The notes under the pieces: model-generated | Seen by the model: the letters and a program-made list of their open reading frames with translations, nothing else | What the model was told of the DNA's origin: nothing | The model's database searches: none | Origin: a virus | Taxonomy: Duplodnaviria; Caudoviricetes | IMG/VR virus record: IMGVR_UViG_3300020411_000980 | Coordinates: 38,353-102,352 of that record | Length of the DNA: 64,000 nt | Strand: one strand, 5' to 3' | Translations under genes and position numbers: made by a program | Shown: piece after piece, positions 48,485 to 57,151 of the stretch | Layout: each line of letters starts with the position of its first letter | Numbering within the stretch: position 1 is the stretch's first letter

Positions 48485-49014
48485 AATTCTAATTCACTGA
48501 GGGTTATAAGACTCTTCAATTCTACACCCTCTGTCAAGAACCTTTCCTTAGCACAGTCCTCTCTGTCAACAATCGTAACAACACGATCAACGTTGTAGTC
48601 TAGATCTCTTAGGACTTGAACTGCTTTGAGTGATGATCCACCTGTAGTGGTGACATCTTCTACAACAGTGATGGATGTTCCTATGGGAGGTAACGGTCCT
48701 TCTACTTGTGATGCAGTACCGTGTCCTTTAGGTTCCTTCCTAATAATAAGACCACACTTTCCTTTCATCACTAGACCTGACACTAATGGGTCAGCACCTA
48801 GAGTAAGACCTGCTACACAAGCAGTATCAATGTGCTTAAGCATCTCATCACAAACAAGATTCAATCCTACAGTTGTAAGGATCAATGGTTTGCAATTAAC
48901 ATAATGCTGACTAGTCATACCAGAAGAGAGAGTAAATTCTCCCTTCTTATAAGCATACTTTCTCAGCAAGATCAGTAAGCTAGCTTGCTTTTTTAATTCT
49001 GTTAGTTCATTCAT
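48481..49014 (-). CDS. pyrE: Orotate phosphoribosyltransferase
   Basis: GEFTLSSG, IRKEPKGHG, VVEDVTTTGGS. Confidence 0.93.
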   Translation of the reverse strand: MNELTELKKQASLLILLRKYAYKKGEFTLSSGMTSQHYVNCKPLILTTVGLNLVCDEMLKHIDTACVAGLTLGADPLVSGLVMKGKCGLIIRKEPKGHGTASQVEGPLPPIGTSITVVEDVTTTGGSSLKAVQVLRDLDYNVDRVVTIVDREDCAKERFLTEGVELKSLITLSELEL

Positions 49015-49678
49015 CTTCAGGTAGCAATTCTTCCATTAGTTGTTCCCAATCTCTATCAAACTGTTCTAGACCTGCTGTAGTTAAACAATGGTCAAACAGT
49101 TTGTTGAATATGTCGTACGGTAAAGTGCATACGTCAGCACCCACTCCAAAGGCATTGGGTACATCAAGGGGAGTCCTAATACTTGCTGCAAGGATCTTAG
49201 TTTGTACGTCATTACGGTCATAAATTTTACGAATATCTTTTATAAGAGATAGTCCATCCCAATACTGATCAGCAACCCTTCCTATAAAAGGTGAGATGTA
49301 ACTAGCACCTGCCTTAGCAGCAAGAACTGCCTGTGCAGGAGAAAATACTAGAGTAACATTAGTTGAAATGTCATCAGCATTCAGATCACCACAAGCAATC
49401 AATCCTTCACGTGTACAAGGTAGTTTAACTGTAATGTTAGGTGCGATCCTAATGTATTTGGATGCCATCTCTAGCATCTCATCAGCATTCTGACCAACCA
49501 CCTCAGCAGATATAGATGCATCCCAAGGGAACATCTCTGCAATACGTTTAATAACTTCTTCTGGATCTTGTCCCAACTTCTTCATCAGAGTTGGGTTGGT
49601 GGTAACACCATCTACAAGACCAGTCTCTAGTGCGTGACCAATGAGATCAGGATCCGAACAATCAAGAAAGATCTTCAT
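49007..49678 (-). CDS. talC: Transaldolase (TalC)
   Basis: GVTTNPT, VKLP, NVTLVFS, YISPFIGR, LAASIR. Confidence 0.95.
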   Translation of the reverse strand: MKIFLDCSDPDLIGHALETGLVDGVTTNPTLMKKLGQDPEEVIKRIAEMFPWDASISAEVVGQNADEMLEMASKYIRIAPNITVKLPCTREGLIACGDLNADDISTNVTLVFSPAQAVLAAKAGASYISPFIGRVADQYWDGLSLIKDIRKIYDRNDVQTKILAASIRTPLDVPNAFGVGADVCTLPYDIFNKLFDHCLTTAGLEQFDRDWEQLMEELLPEDE

Positions 49679-49711
49679 AGTTTCTTATATCTTTAGATTA
49701 TATATTACCAC

Positions 49712-49742
49712 AAAAAAAGAGATCCAACAAGGGATCTCTTTA
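49712..49742 (-). terminator. Intrinsic terminator
   Basis: AAGAGATCC/GGATCTCTT stem + T tract. Confidence 0.75.
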
Positions 49743-49779
49743 AGTACTGACATAGACTGTTCTAAGTCGGTGGTACAGG

Positions 49780-49914
49780 TTAAGCGTATGCTTTTTGAAC
49801 CTTCAGTCCACGATACATAAGATCGTGTCTGTTACGCTTTGCATTCTCATCGAGAACCTTAGCGTTGTACTCTTTAGTGTCGTATTCGACACCACGGTAG
49901 ATGACTTTTGCCAT
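49780..49914 (-). CDS. DUF4278-like YRG-motif peptide (44 aa)
   Basis: MAKVIYRGVEY...LMYRGLK; GGAG SD. Confidence 0.8.
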   Translation of the reverse strand: MAKVIYRGVEYDTKEYNAKVLDENAKRNRHDLMYRGLKVQKAYA

Positions 49915-49947
49915 TGTTTTACTCCAAAGTAGTAGGATTTTTAGCCC

Positions 49948-50157
49948 CGTTCCTTCAGACATTTGCGTCCCAATTACATTCCAATCCTACAGTCTCAACC
50001 AAATGAATCTTATAGATTTCAATGATCTCAGCCTTTTCATCTTCAGACAGTTGTTTATGATTCCTTGTTCGTTGTATCTTTTCAGCTACATCTTCACAAG
50101 AAATTGCTGTTGCCAGCACTGCTAGAAGAGATAGGATGGGTAACATTGGGATGAACG
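49948..50157 (-). promoter_or_regulatory. Glutamine-II (Downstream-peptide) aptamer 2, split by an ORF in its P2 loop
   Basis: CGTTCA-TCCCAAT...~170 nt...ATTGGGA-CGCA-N10-GGAACG. Confidence 0.7.
49955..50146 (-). CDS. 63-aa protein embedded in the riboswitch
   Basis: MLPILSLLAVLATAISCE...ECNWDANV; hydrophobic N-terminus, two Cys. Confidence 0.65.
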   Translation of the reverse strand: MLPILSLLAVLATAISCEDVAEKIQRTRNHKQLSEDEKAEIIEIYKIHLVETVGLECNWDANV

Positions 50158-50160
50158 CTC

Positions 50161-50196
50161 CGTTCCGTGACCTACTTGCACCCCGAAGGGCGAACG
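50161..50196 (-). promoter_or_regulatory. Glutamine-II aptamer 1
   Basis: CGTTCG-CCC-TTCG-GGG-TGCA-AGTAGGTCAC-GGAACG. Confidence 0.75.
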
Positions 50197-50237
50197 TATG
50201 CATATGTTAGCATATGCACAACTATTTAGCAACTTTT

Positions 50238-50251
50238 GTAGCTAAAACTAC
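50238..50251. promoter_or_regulatory. NtcA-box-like palindrome
   Basis: GTA-N8-TAC (GTAGCTAAAACTAC) with T-tract flanks; TATGCT 23 nt downstream on the minus strand. Confidence 0.55.
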
Positions 50252-50312
50252 TTTTTGTATCTTCGTGAACCTTTTGGTTTTAACTTATGCATCTTCTTAT
50301 AAAAGTCAGGTG

Positions 50313-50981
50313 TCAATGGTTCTCTGGGTTCACGTCTAAGCTCTTGTTTAAGTTGTCGGAGGAACTTGAGGTGTAATTGAAATTGATTACGCATCTCATA
50401 TCATTGTATTGCGGATTGCTACTTGTGTGATACTGCAATCCATCAAACAAAACGAACCTACCCTGTCTAGGTTCAACTTTTTGTTCTATTTCTAATTTTT
50501 GTTTGGTACCGTCGTACCTTTGTTTGAAGAAGAATGTTGGACCATCAGAGTCATTCACATAGTAAATGATAGTCCAGTGTGGTTGATCAAAGTCAACGTG
50601 AGGAGTATGGTAGAGGGTATTAGATTCTCTTTTAGGTGCAAGATTAATTTTTATTCTTCTGAAGTCTGAGAACTCAGGCATCTTTGTGTTAGATACTATC
50701 CACTTCCATACTGGTTCACACACTTTCTCATATCCATCGGGTGATACTATCTCACCTAATGTATTGAGTACAGTGTGCATAAACTGTGGGTTCTCACTTG
50801 ATAATTCATCAGGTATAGAGGTACTAAACTCCTTATCGTATGACGTGGTTTCTGTTTGCAAAAACCAAGGCCAATAAGGGTTGTGTAGTAACCTTGCCTT
50901 GACTGGTTCACTAATAGACTTAGGAACTTCACCTAAGTACATCCCAGATTCCCAACCTAAGTACTTCATCTCTTCATCCAT
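50313..50981 (-). CDS. 2OG-Fe(II) oxygenase-like protein
   Basis: PHVD, IYYVNDSDGPT, FDGLQYHTSS, RCVINFN. Confidence 0.75.
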   Translation of the reverse strand: MDEEMKYLGWESGMYLGEVPKSISEPVKARLLHNPYWPWFLQTETTSYDKEFSTSIPDELSSENPQFMHTVLNTLGEIVSPDGYEKVCEPVWKWIVSNTKMPEFSDFRRIKINLAPKRESNTLYHTPHVDFDQPHWTIIYYVNDSDGPTFFFKQRYDGTKQKLEIEQKVEPRQGRFVLFDGLQYHTSSNPQYNDMRCVINFNYTSSSSDNLNKSLDVNPENH

Positions 50982-51247
50982 CTAGGTAGGTAAAAGATCA
51001 ACCAAGATAAAGTCCAAAAGACTACCAAGGCTGCTATGTGTATCAGTCTATTACCATTAACTATTAATCCTAATGTGACAAGTCCCATCCAAACATAATC
51101 TAATGTACCGTGGAACCTATACCATATGTTCTCACCAAATCTATCAATGAAACCTTGTCTACGATTTGCAAACCAAGGTGACACGTGTCTCATCATAACA
51201 AAACCTTCGTTAAAAAACATAACGAAGAATCCAATCCAAAAAATCAT
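50966..51247 (-). CDS. Hypothetical membrane protein
   Basis: 93 aa, several hydrophobic helices. Confidence 0.6.
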   Translation of the reverse strand: MIFWIGFFVMFFNEGFVMMRHVSPWFANRRQGFIDRFGENIWYRFHGTLDYVWMGLVTLGLIVNGNRLIHIAALVVFWTLSWLIFYLPRWMKR

Positions 51248-52410
51248 AGTTTAAATCCTGAGAAGGTGTCCTTCTTAACGTCTTGTTTGATGCCACCGAC
51301 AACATAAGATTCAATCTCTGTTTCCTGTGGTGCATTCTGTTGACCTTTAGAGTTCAACCAATGCTCTGTCCAAGGTAATGGATTGTTACGTGCAGGTACA
51401 TCATAGACAGGTGCGATACCTACTGCTTTCATACGTTTGTTAGCAATCCACTCAACATATTTCTCTAGCAGTCTAGCATTAAGACCAATCATAGTACCAT
51501 CTTTAAAGAGATACTCTGCCCACTCCTTCTCCTCTTCGACTGCGTTCTTAAACATATTGATTACGTTATCCTTTTCCTCTTTAATAATCTCACTCATCAC
51601 AGGATCATCACCTTGATCCCAATACTTTAGGATCTGTTGTGTGAGTACAAGATGCTGTGACTCATCTCGTGAAATTAAACTAATGATCTTTGCACTTCCT
51701 TCCATAAACTTTAGTTCACCGAAGGCAAAGCTACAAGCAAATGATACGTAGAATCTAATACCTTCAAGGATATTAACATTCATAACTGCACGATACAATG
51801 CACGTTTTAGATCTTTCATAGACCATTGTGCATTGATATGATCTCGCCAATCATCTCTCCAGTTATTACTCTGACCCCACTCACTTGCAAGTTGAATGAA
51901 CTCATCATATGCTCTAGTGACTGACTGTGCACGTGACATAATCCTATCATCTTCAAGAATAGTATCGAAGACTTCAGATGGATTAGGATATACATTCTTA
52001 ATAATATATGTGTATGATCTGCTATGGATAGTCTCCATAAACTGCCATACATTCATAGCACCTTCCAGTTCAGGTAGTGCTACGTAAGGTAAAAATGCCA
52101 TACCAGGTGCACGTCCTTGTACTGAGTCAAGTAGTATCTGGTACTTTAAATTGCTTGTAAATATATGTTTTTGTGCTGAAGTTAACTGAGTATAGTCTGC
52201 TCTATCTTTCTGTAATGAAACCTCTTCAGGTCTCCAGAAATAACCTAACATTTGTGTTGTTAACTTATCAAATACAGGGTACTTGTACTCATCGTACCTC
52301 TGTACACCCAAGGGTTTACCAAAAAACATTGGTTGTTTAGTATTGTCGTGAATGTCACGATTGAATACAGTCACACCTTGGACATCAGATTTTACAGGAC
52401 TCACAGTCAT
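51244..52410 (-). CDS. nrdB: Class Ia ribonucleotide reductase beta subunit
   Basis: FWRPEEV, LDSVQGR, ETIHSRSY, LEGIRFYVSF, RDESQH, APQETEIESY. Confidence 0.96.
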   Translation of the reverse strand: MTVSPVKSDVQGVTVFNRDIHDNTKQPMFFGKPLGVQRYDEYKYPVFDKLTTQMLGYFWRPEEVSLQKDRADYTQLTSAQKHIFTSNLKYQILLDSVQGRAPGMAFLPYVALPELEGAMNVWQFMETIHSRSYTYIIKNVYPNPSEVFDTILEDDRIMSRAQSVTRAYDEFIQLASEWGQSNNWRDDWRDHINAQWSMKDLKRALYRAVMNVNILEGIRFYVSFACSFAFGELKFMEGSAKIISLISRDESQHLVLTQQILKYWDQGDDPVMSEIIKEEKDNVINMFKNAVEEEKEWAEYLFKDGTMIGLNARLLEKYVEWIANKRMKAVGIAPVYDVPARNNPLPWTEHWLNSKGQQNAPQETEIESYVVGGIKQDVKKDTFSGFKL

Positions 52411-54739
52411 CCTCCACAGTAGCGAGTTCATTAATTAATTCATCAAGAGACTGCTCTCTTTCTGAAATGTTATCCTTCCATCCAATTGGATGTGCAGGTT
52501 CATCAACGTCCTTCTTAGCATCATATGTGTTTTGATAATAAGAAGTCTTCCATCCATATCTATAAGTTGTCAACCAGTCCATAGCCATTACTTGCATAGG
52601 AACTTCGTTGTCTGGATAGTTCTCTGGATTATAACTCCAGTTACCACTGATCGCTTGATCAAAGAACTTTTGCATTACTGCTACGATCTTTATGTAACCC
52701 TCATTGGATTCCATATCCCATAGCAATGTGTACTTGTTCTTTAGGTGGGGAAAACCTGGAACAATCTGCTTAAGCGGTCCTTTCTTTGATTTTTTAACGG
52801 ACAAGTAGTCTCTAGGTGGTTCGATTCCATTTGTTGCGTTTGACACAATGGAACTGCTCTCCGAAGGCATCTGTGCGGACAATGTTGAGTGCCTAAGACC
52901 GTAGGTGGTGATATCATTCCGTAAACTATTCCAATCATAATTGTAAGATGGTTCTGTAATTTCATCTACCTCCTGTTTATATGTATCAATTGGTAGTATA
53001 CCGTCGTGATATTTGGTACGTTCGAAACCATCACAAGCACCTTTCTCTTGTGCTAATTTATTAGATGACTTAAGTAAGAAGTATTGGAATGCTTCTGTCA
53101 ACTGATGTACTAAATCATATGCTTCTTGATCATTATATTTCACACCATTCTTTGCTAGGTAATGTGCTAATCCTATGAATCCTATGCCTAGAGACCGTCT
53201 GTTTTTGGTGCTACGTTCAGCAGCAGCAACAGGATAGTTTTGGTAGTCTATAAGTTCTTCTAGACCCCTTACAGAGAGGTCACAAAGTTCTTCTAACTCA
53301 TCTAGGTTCTTAGTTAACTTACCTACATTAATAGCAGATAGAATACACAAAGCAATCTCAGCATCAGCATCATCAATGTGTTGAATAGGATCTGTAGGTA
53401 GAGTAATCTCCTGACAGAGGTTACTCATATAAACTTTATCTTTGAACGAACTATGTGAATTACAATGATCGATATTCATAATGTAAATACGACCAGTCTC
53501 TGCTCTCTCCTTCAAGAGATCAATGATTAATTCTTGTGCCTTGACAGTCTTCTTAGGAATGCTTTCATCCTGTTCATATCGTTCGTAAAGTTCATTAAAA
53601 CTATCAGTGCCAAAAGATTCATACAAACCTGGAACGGTGTTAGGACTAAAGAGAGATATCTCTCCATCCTCAATGAACCTCTGGTAGAAGATCTCGCTAG
53701 TTTGGATACTGTAGTCGAGCTTTCTAACACGATTGTCTTCTGTGCCTTTATTATTTTTAAGTACAAGGATGTCCTCTATTTCTTGGTGCCAGATTGGGAA
53801 GTGGACTGTCGCTGACCCACCTCTAATACCGTTCTGAGTACAACATCTAACAGTGCTTTCGAACTTTTTAAGGAAGGGGACAACACCTGTGTGTTGAACT
53901 TCTCCACCCCTGATTTTACTGTTGATACCCCTGATCCTACCTGCGTTGATACCAATTCCTGCCCTTTGAGCGACATATTTGCCAATAGCCATATCGCTGC
54001 TAAAGATACTATCGAGGGTGTCATCAGCATCAACCAGAACACAACTTGCAAATTGACGAATGGGGGTTCGAACGCCTGCGAGGACTGGTGTTGGGATGTT
54101 GATCTTTCCTTTGGAGGTTGCTGTGTAGTAGCGTCTGACATAATCGAGTCTGGTTTCTGGGTCATAGTTTTGGAACAGCGTTGCTGCTACCATAATGTAC
54201 ATATATTGTGGGGTCTCATAGAGAGTTCCAGTTGACCTATCCTGTACTAGATACTTGTCAACAATCTGACGGAGACCTGCAAAGGTGAATCCATAATCAC
54301 GTTGGTGATCAATGAAACCATTAATTAGATTCCACTCACCTTCACTATACTTATCTAGAATACTAGCATCATATACACCATCTTCAACACACTTCTCTAC
54401 GTGGTCTTTAAGGTGTGTGTAACCTGTTTCATCTGCCCAACCAGGAAATACTTCCCTACGAATATCAAAGAGCAACAGACGTGCTGCTACGTACTGATAG
54501 TTGGGTGTCTCTGTACTAATAAGATCACTCGCTGACCTGATTAGAATCTGTTGAATCTCTGAGGATTTAATGCCATCAAAGAATTGAAGATTGGCATTCA
54601 TTTCGATCTGACTAGCAGATACACCTGCCAGATCTTCGCAAGAAAATTCACACATCCTGTGAATCTTATCAAGAGTAAGAGGTTCGATGCTACCGTCCCT
54701 CTTAATTACTTTCATTCCTCCGTTCATACTTTTTTCCAC
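52385..54739 (-). CDS. nrdA: Class Ia ribonucleotide reductase alpha subunit
   Basis: ATP cone VIKRDG, QFASC, SNLCQEI, MPSESSS, C-terminal CESC. Confidence 0.97.
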   Translation of the reverse strand: MEKSMNGGMKVIKRDGSIEPLTLDKIHRMCEFSCEDLAGVSASQIEMNANLQFFDGIKSSEIQQILIRSASDLISTETPNYQYVAARLLLFDIRREVFPGWADETGYTHLKDHVEKCVEDGVYDASILDKYSEGEWNLINGFIDHQRDYGFTFAGLRQIVDKYLVQDRSTGTLYETPQYMYIMVAATLFQNYDPETRLDYVRRYYTATSKGKINIPTPVLAGVRTPIRQFASCVLVDADDTLDSIFSSDMAIGKYVAQRAGIGINAGRIRGINSKIRGGEVQHTGVVPFLKKFESTVRCCTQNGIRGGSATVHFPIWHQEIEDILVLKNNKGTEDNRVRKLDYSIQTSEIFYQRFIEDGEISLFSPNTVPGLYESFGTDSFNELYERYEQDESIPKKTVKAQELIIDLLKERAETGRIYIMNIDHCNSHSSFKDKVYMSNLCQEITLPTDPIQHIDDADAEIALCILSAINVGKLTKNLDELEELCDLSVRGLEELIDYQNYPVAAAERSTKNRRSLGIGFIGLAHYLAKNGVKYNDQEAYDLVHQLTEAFQYFLLKSSNKLAQEKGACDGFERTKYHDGILPIDTYKQEVDEITEPSYNYDWNSLRNDITTYGLRHSTLSAQMPSESSSIVSNATNGIEPPRDYLSVKKSKKGPLKQIVPGFPHLKNKYTLLWDMESNEGYIKIVAVMQKFFDQAISGNWSYNPENYPDNEVPMQVMAMDWLTTYRYGWKTSYYQNTYDAKKDVDEPAHPIGWKDNISEREQSLDELINELATVEDDCESCKI

Positions 54740-55716
54740 TGTGATAGTTTTAATTTTGCTTGCAGTCCTTTGTACGTATTTGATTGTACTAGAGTCTGCA
54801 CGTTTTGTCCACCCAACACCATATCGTTGATGTCCTTTTCAACAATTCCATCTGGCCAGATGACTACTTTGTCACCTCTGTCGATGGCTGCTTCGATTCT
54901 ATCGACGATTTGTCTGTTACGAGGTTCGTTATCATAAACCCAAATATAATCGCTCCAACCAAGCGACCTAATATTAACGTCAGACCCAGCCATCGCAACG
55001 GAATTGCCCAAGAAGAGCGAGTCGATTGGTCCTTCGACAATGTAGATTGGTTTGTCATAATGAATGCGGTCGATACCGAATAGTTTTGGTTTGCCCTCGT
55101 TAAAGATGATAGTTATATAACGTAACTTCGACACAGGATCTAAAGATCTTCCTTGTAACCCGAACATTTTACCACCCTCATCCTTAAGAGGGATGATGAT
55201 TCGGGGTTGATCATTCTTCAAACTATCGAAGGTTTGTTTTACCGAGTTTACATACTGTTTGAAGTGATCAGCGTAATACAAATGTTCCAATTTATCGATT
55301 GGAATCTTACGTTGTTCAAGATATTCACGTGCTGGATGTTCTTTATTTAGCGATGCAATATTTGGGAGGTTAATGCTAGTTTTAAACTTTGGTTTTGATG
55401 TTTTGATTACAGGATTTGGTGCCCTTCTATGCTTACCTGTGAGTCCTTCTTTATATCTTTCCAGCACAAATTCATCAAACAAATCACGTGCGTGATCTTT
55501 GAGGAAATTACCTAGAGTTCTACCAACACCACAGTTGTGGCACTTGTATATTAAATCGTTCTGCTTGAGAAAAAAATACCCCCGAGCCTTACTCTTGTGC
55601 TTCTCTGAGTCACCACAGTAAGGACAACGGAAGTTGTATAATCCTGGTTTCTTTTCTTTAAACTTGTCAAGTCGTCCACCTACTAGGCGAGCGTACTTGA
55701 CATCAATAAAACTCAC
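54724..55716 (-). CDS. gp61: DNA primase gp61
   Basis: CPYCGDS...CHNC zinc finger, VEGPIDSLF, DNEPRN, KDINDM. Confidence 0.93.
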   Translation of the reverse strand: MSFIDVKYARLVGGRLDKFKEKKPGLYNFRCPYCGDSEKHKSKARGYFFLKQNDLIYKCHNCGVGRTLGNFLKDHARDLFDEFVLERYKEGLTGKHRRAPNPVIKTSKPKFKTSINLPNIASLNKEHPAREYLEQRKIPIDKLEHLYYADHFKQYVNSVKQTFDSLKNDQPRIIIPLKDEGGKMFGLQGRSLDPVSKLRYITIIFNEGKPKLFGIDRIHYDKPIYIVEGPIDSLFLGNSVAMAGSDVNIRSLGWSDYIWVYDNEPRNRQIVDRIEAAIDRGDKVVIWPDGIVEKDINDMVLGGQNVQTLVQSNTYKGLQAKLKLSQWKKV

Positions 55717-56102
55717 ATACCCTTTTCAACTGGTACTATGTTACTTGGTTGAATTGATTGTGTCAAGTTCCTTAGGACCGATTGTCCGATTGGACTAACG
55801 ATGACAGATATAACACTAAGAGCACCAAAAATAGACCACATCTTCTTTTCCATCGTGCGAAGACGGTCATCGACTTTACGGATGTCTCTTTCACATCCTT
55901 TCTTAATCTCATCTGATCTCCTGTTCACTTCCCTATGTACTGACTCTATCTTCTCAAAGAGTACTGCATCAATTCTGTCTTGCTTATCTAACTTCTCATT
56001 ATGAACAGCAAGAAGTTCTCCCATACGAGTGGAATTTTCTGAGAGTTTATCAACGACCCTCTCCAGTCGTTCTATAATAGCACTATTAATATCAGACATC
56101 AC
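55713..56102 (-). CDS. Coiled-coil + TM hypothetical protein
   Basis: LAVHNEK coiled coil, C-terminal TM. Confidence 0.6.
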   Translation of the reverse strand: MMSDINSAIIERLERVVDKLSENSTRMGELLAVHNEKLDKQDRIDAVLFEKIESVHREVNRRSDEIKKGCERDIRKVDDRLRTMEKKMWSIFGALSVISVIVSPIGQSVLRNLTQSIQPSNIVPVEKGM

Positions 56103-56764
56103 ATTGCTGCTCTACGCTTATCCCAATAATACTTTAATACATCAGCAGGATATACTCTAGTGATTGTTAAATGCTTTAGTTTCTCTGGTCTGTATATCTT
56201 TCTAAGTTCAATCTTCACCTCAGCAGGTGACTTACCATAGTATATAAACTCCATACATCCAGGACAGGTAGGACTATCACACCTGACTTTGAATGGTAAG
56301 TAACGTGGGTTACCTGATGACGCTGCATCATCTGGTTGTCTTCCTTCTTTTACATTACTCTTGACACGACAGTCAATTCCATTCACACCATCTTTACTTG
56401 TCTTACACTTATACTTAAGTGCTTTCTTTGCTCCCTTACCTCTAGGTTGTTTCTGTGTACCACCTAAAGGTTGGTCTAGTCCTGCAACAGGACCATTACT
56501 ATCAGCATCATTACTAAATCCTGCAGGATCTGAACCTGCACTCATTGTTGGTGCATCCTCTAACAAGGATGTTATCTCACGATTTCTGAAATAATTAATA
56601 ATTGAATCATCAATACCTTCTTTTACTTTCTCTGGCAATCCTTTATGTTTGGTACCAGCAAAGTCACGTGCCACCTTTCTACTAACACCTTCCTTCTTCC
56701 TCTCGTCTGGGTTAGACAGGAGGTAACCAAAGAATCTTTGTTGTGCTTTTGACTTAGCTGGCAT
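56099..56764 (-). CDS. Hypothetical protein (DUF3008-like N-terminus)
   Basis: MPAKSKAQQRFFG...FAGTKHKGLPEKV. Confidence 0.6.
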   Translation of the reverse strand: MPAKSKAQQRFFGYLLSNPDERKKEGVSRKVARDFAGTKHKGLPEKVKEGIDDSIINYFRNREITSLLEDAPTMSAGSDPAGFSNDADSNGPVAGLDQPLGGTQKQPRGKGAKKALKYKCKTSKDGVNGIDCRVKSNVKEGRQPDDAASSGNPRYLPFKVRCDSPTCPGCMEFIYYGKSPAEVKIELRKIYRPEKLKHLTITRVYPADVLKYYWDKRRAAM

Positions 56765-57135
56765 TATATTTCAGATAATTGTTTGCTTACTACAGGATCA
56801 ATCTCTACATAATCTAACGTCCCGCAACCGCTTTCAGGATACCTATTGATGTACACCAGATAGGTTTTCAGTATATCCCAGTACTGTTTCTCTAGTTTAT
56901 AAACAAGTAGGGGGATAGCTGCCTCACCAAATACATTAAAAAGTACTATAAGATGATTCAATATCAGATGATTACGTAACACCCCAGTCTTAACATACCT
57001 TCCAAAGAGTCGCTTGAGATACTTAAACCTCATCATATCTTCAAGGAAGTCATCGTATGTCACAGACTGGGGGTTGTCGTAATGCTTCATTGCGAAGAAC
57101 AAGAAGTTCTCCGCATTGAGATTACTAAAATTCAT
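56764..57135 (-). CDS. Conserved T4-like hypothetical protein
   Basis: FAMKHYDNP, RFKYLKRL, LILNHLIVLFNVFG. Confidence 0.7.
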   Translation of the reverse strand: MNFSNLNAENFLFFAMKHYDNPQSVTYDDFLEDMMRFKYLKRLFGRYVKTGVLRNHLILNHLIVLFNVFGEAAIPLLVYKLEKQYWDILKTYLVYINRYPESGCGTLDYVEIDPVVSKQLSEI

Positions 57136-57151
57136 ACCAAATTAAATAAAA

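Noticed and set aside
50147-50203. N-terminal extension of the 82-aa ORF call
   Set aside because: Runs through the riboswitch aptamers; the ATG at 50146, with GGAG upstream, fits better
43377-54739. Introns or inteins in psbA, nrdA, nrdB
   Set aside because: All are continuous and of normal length
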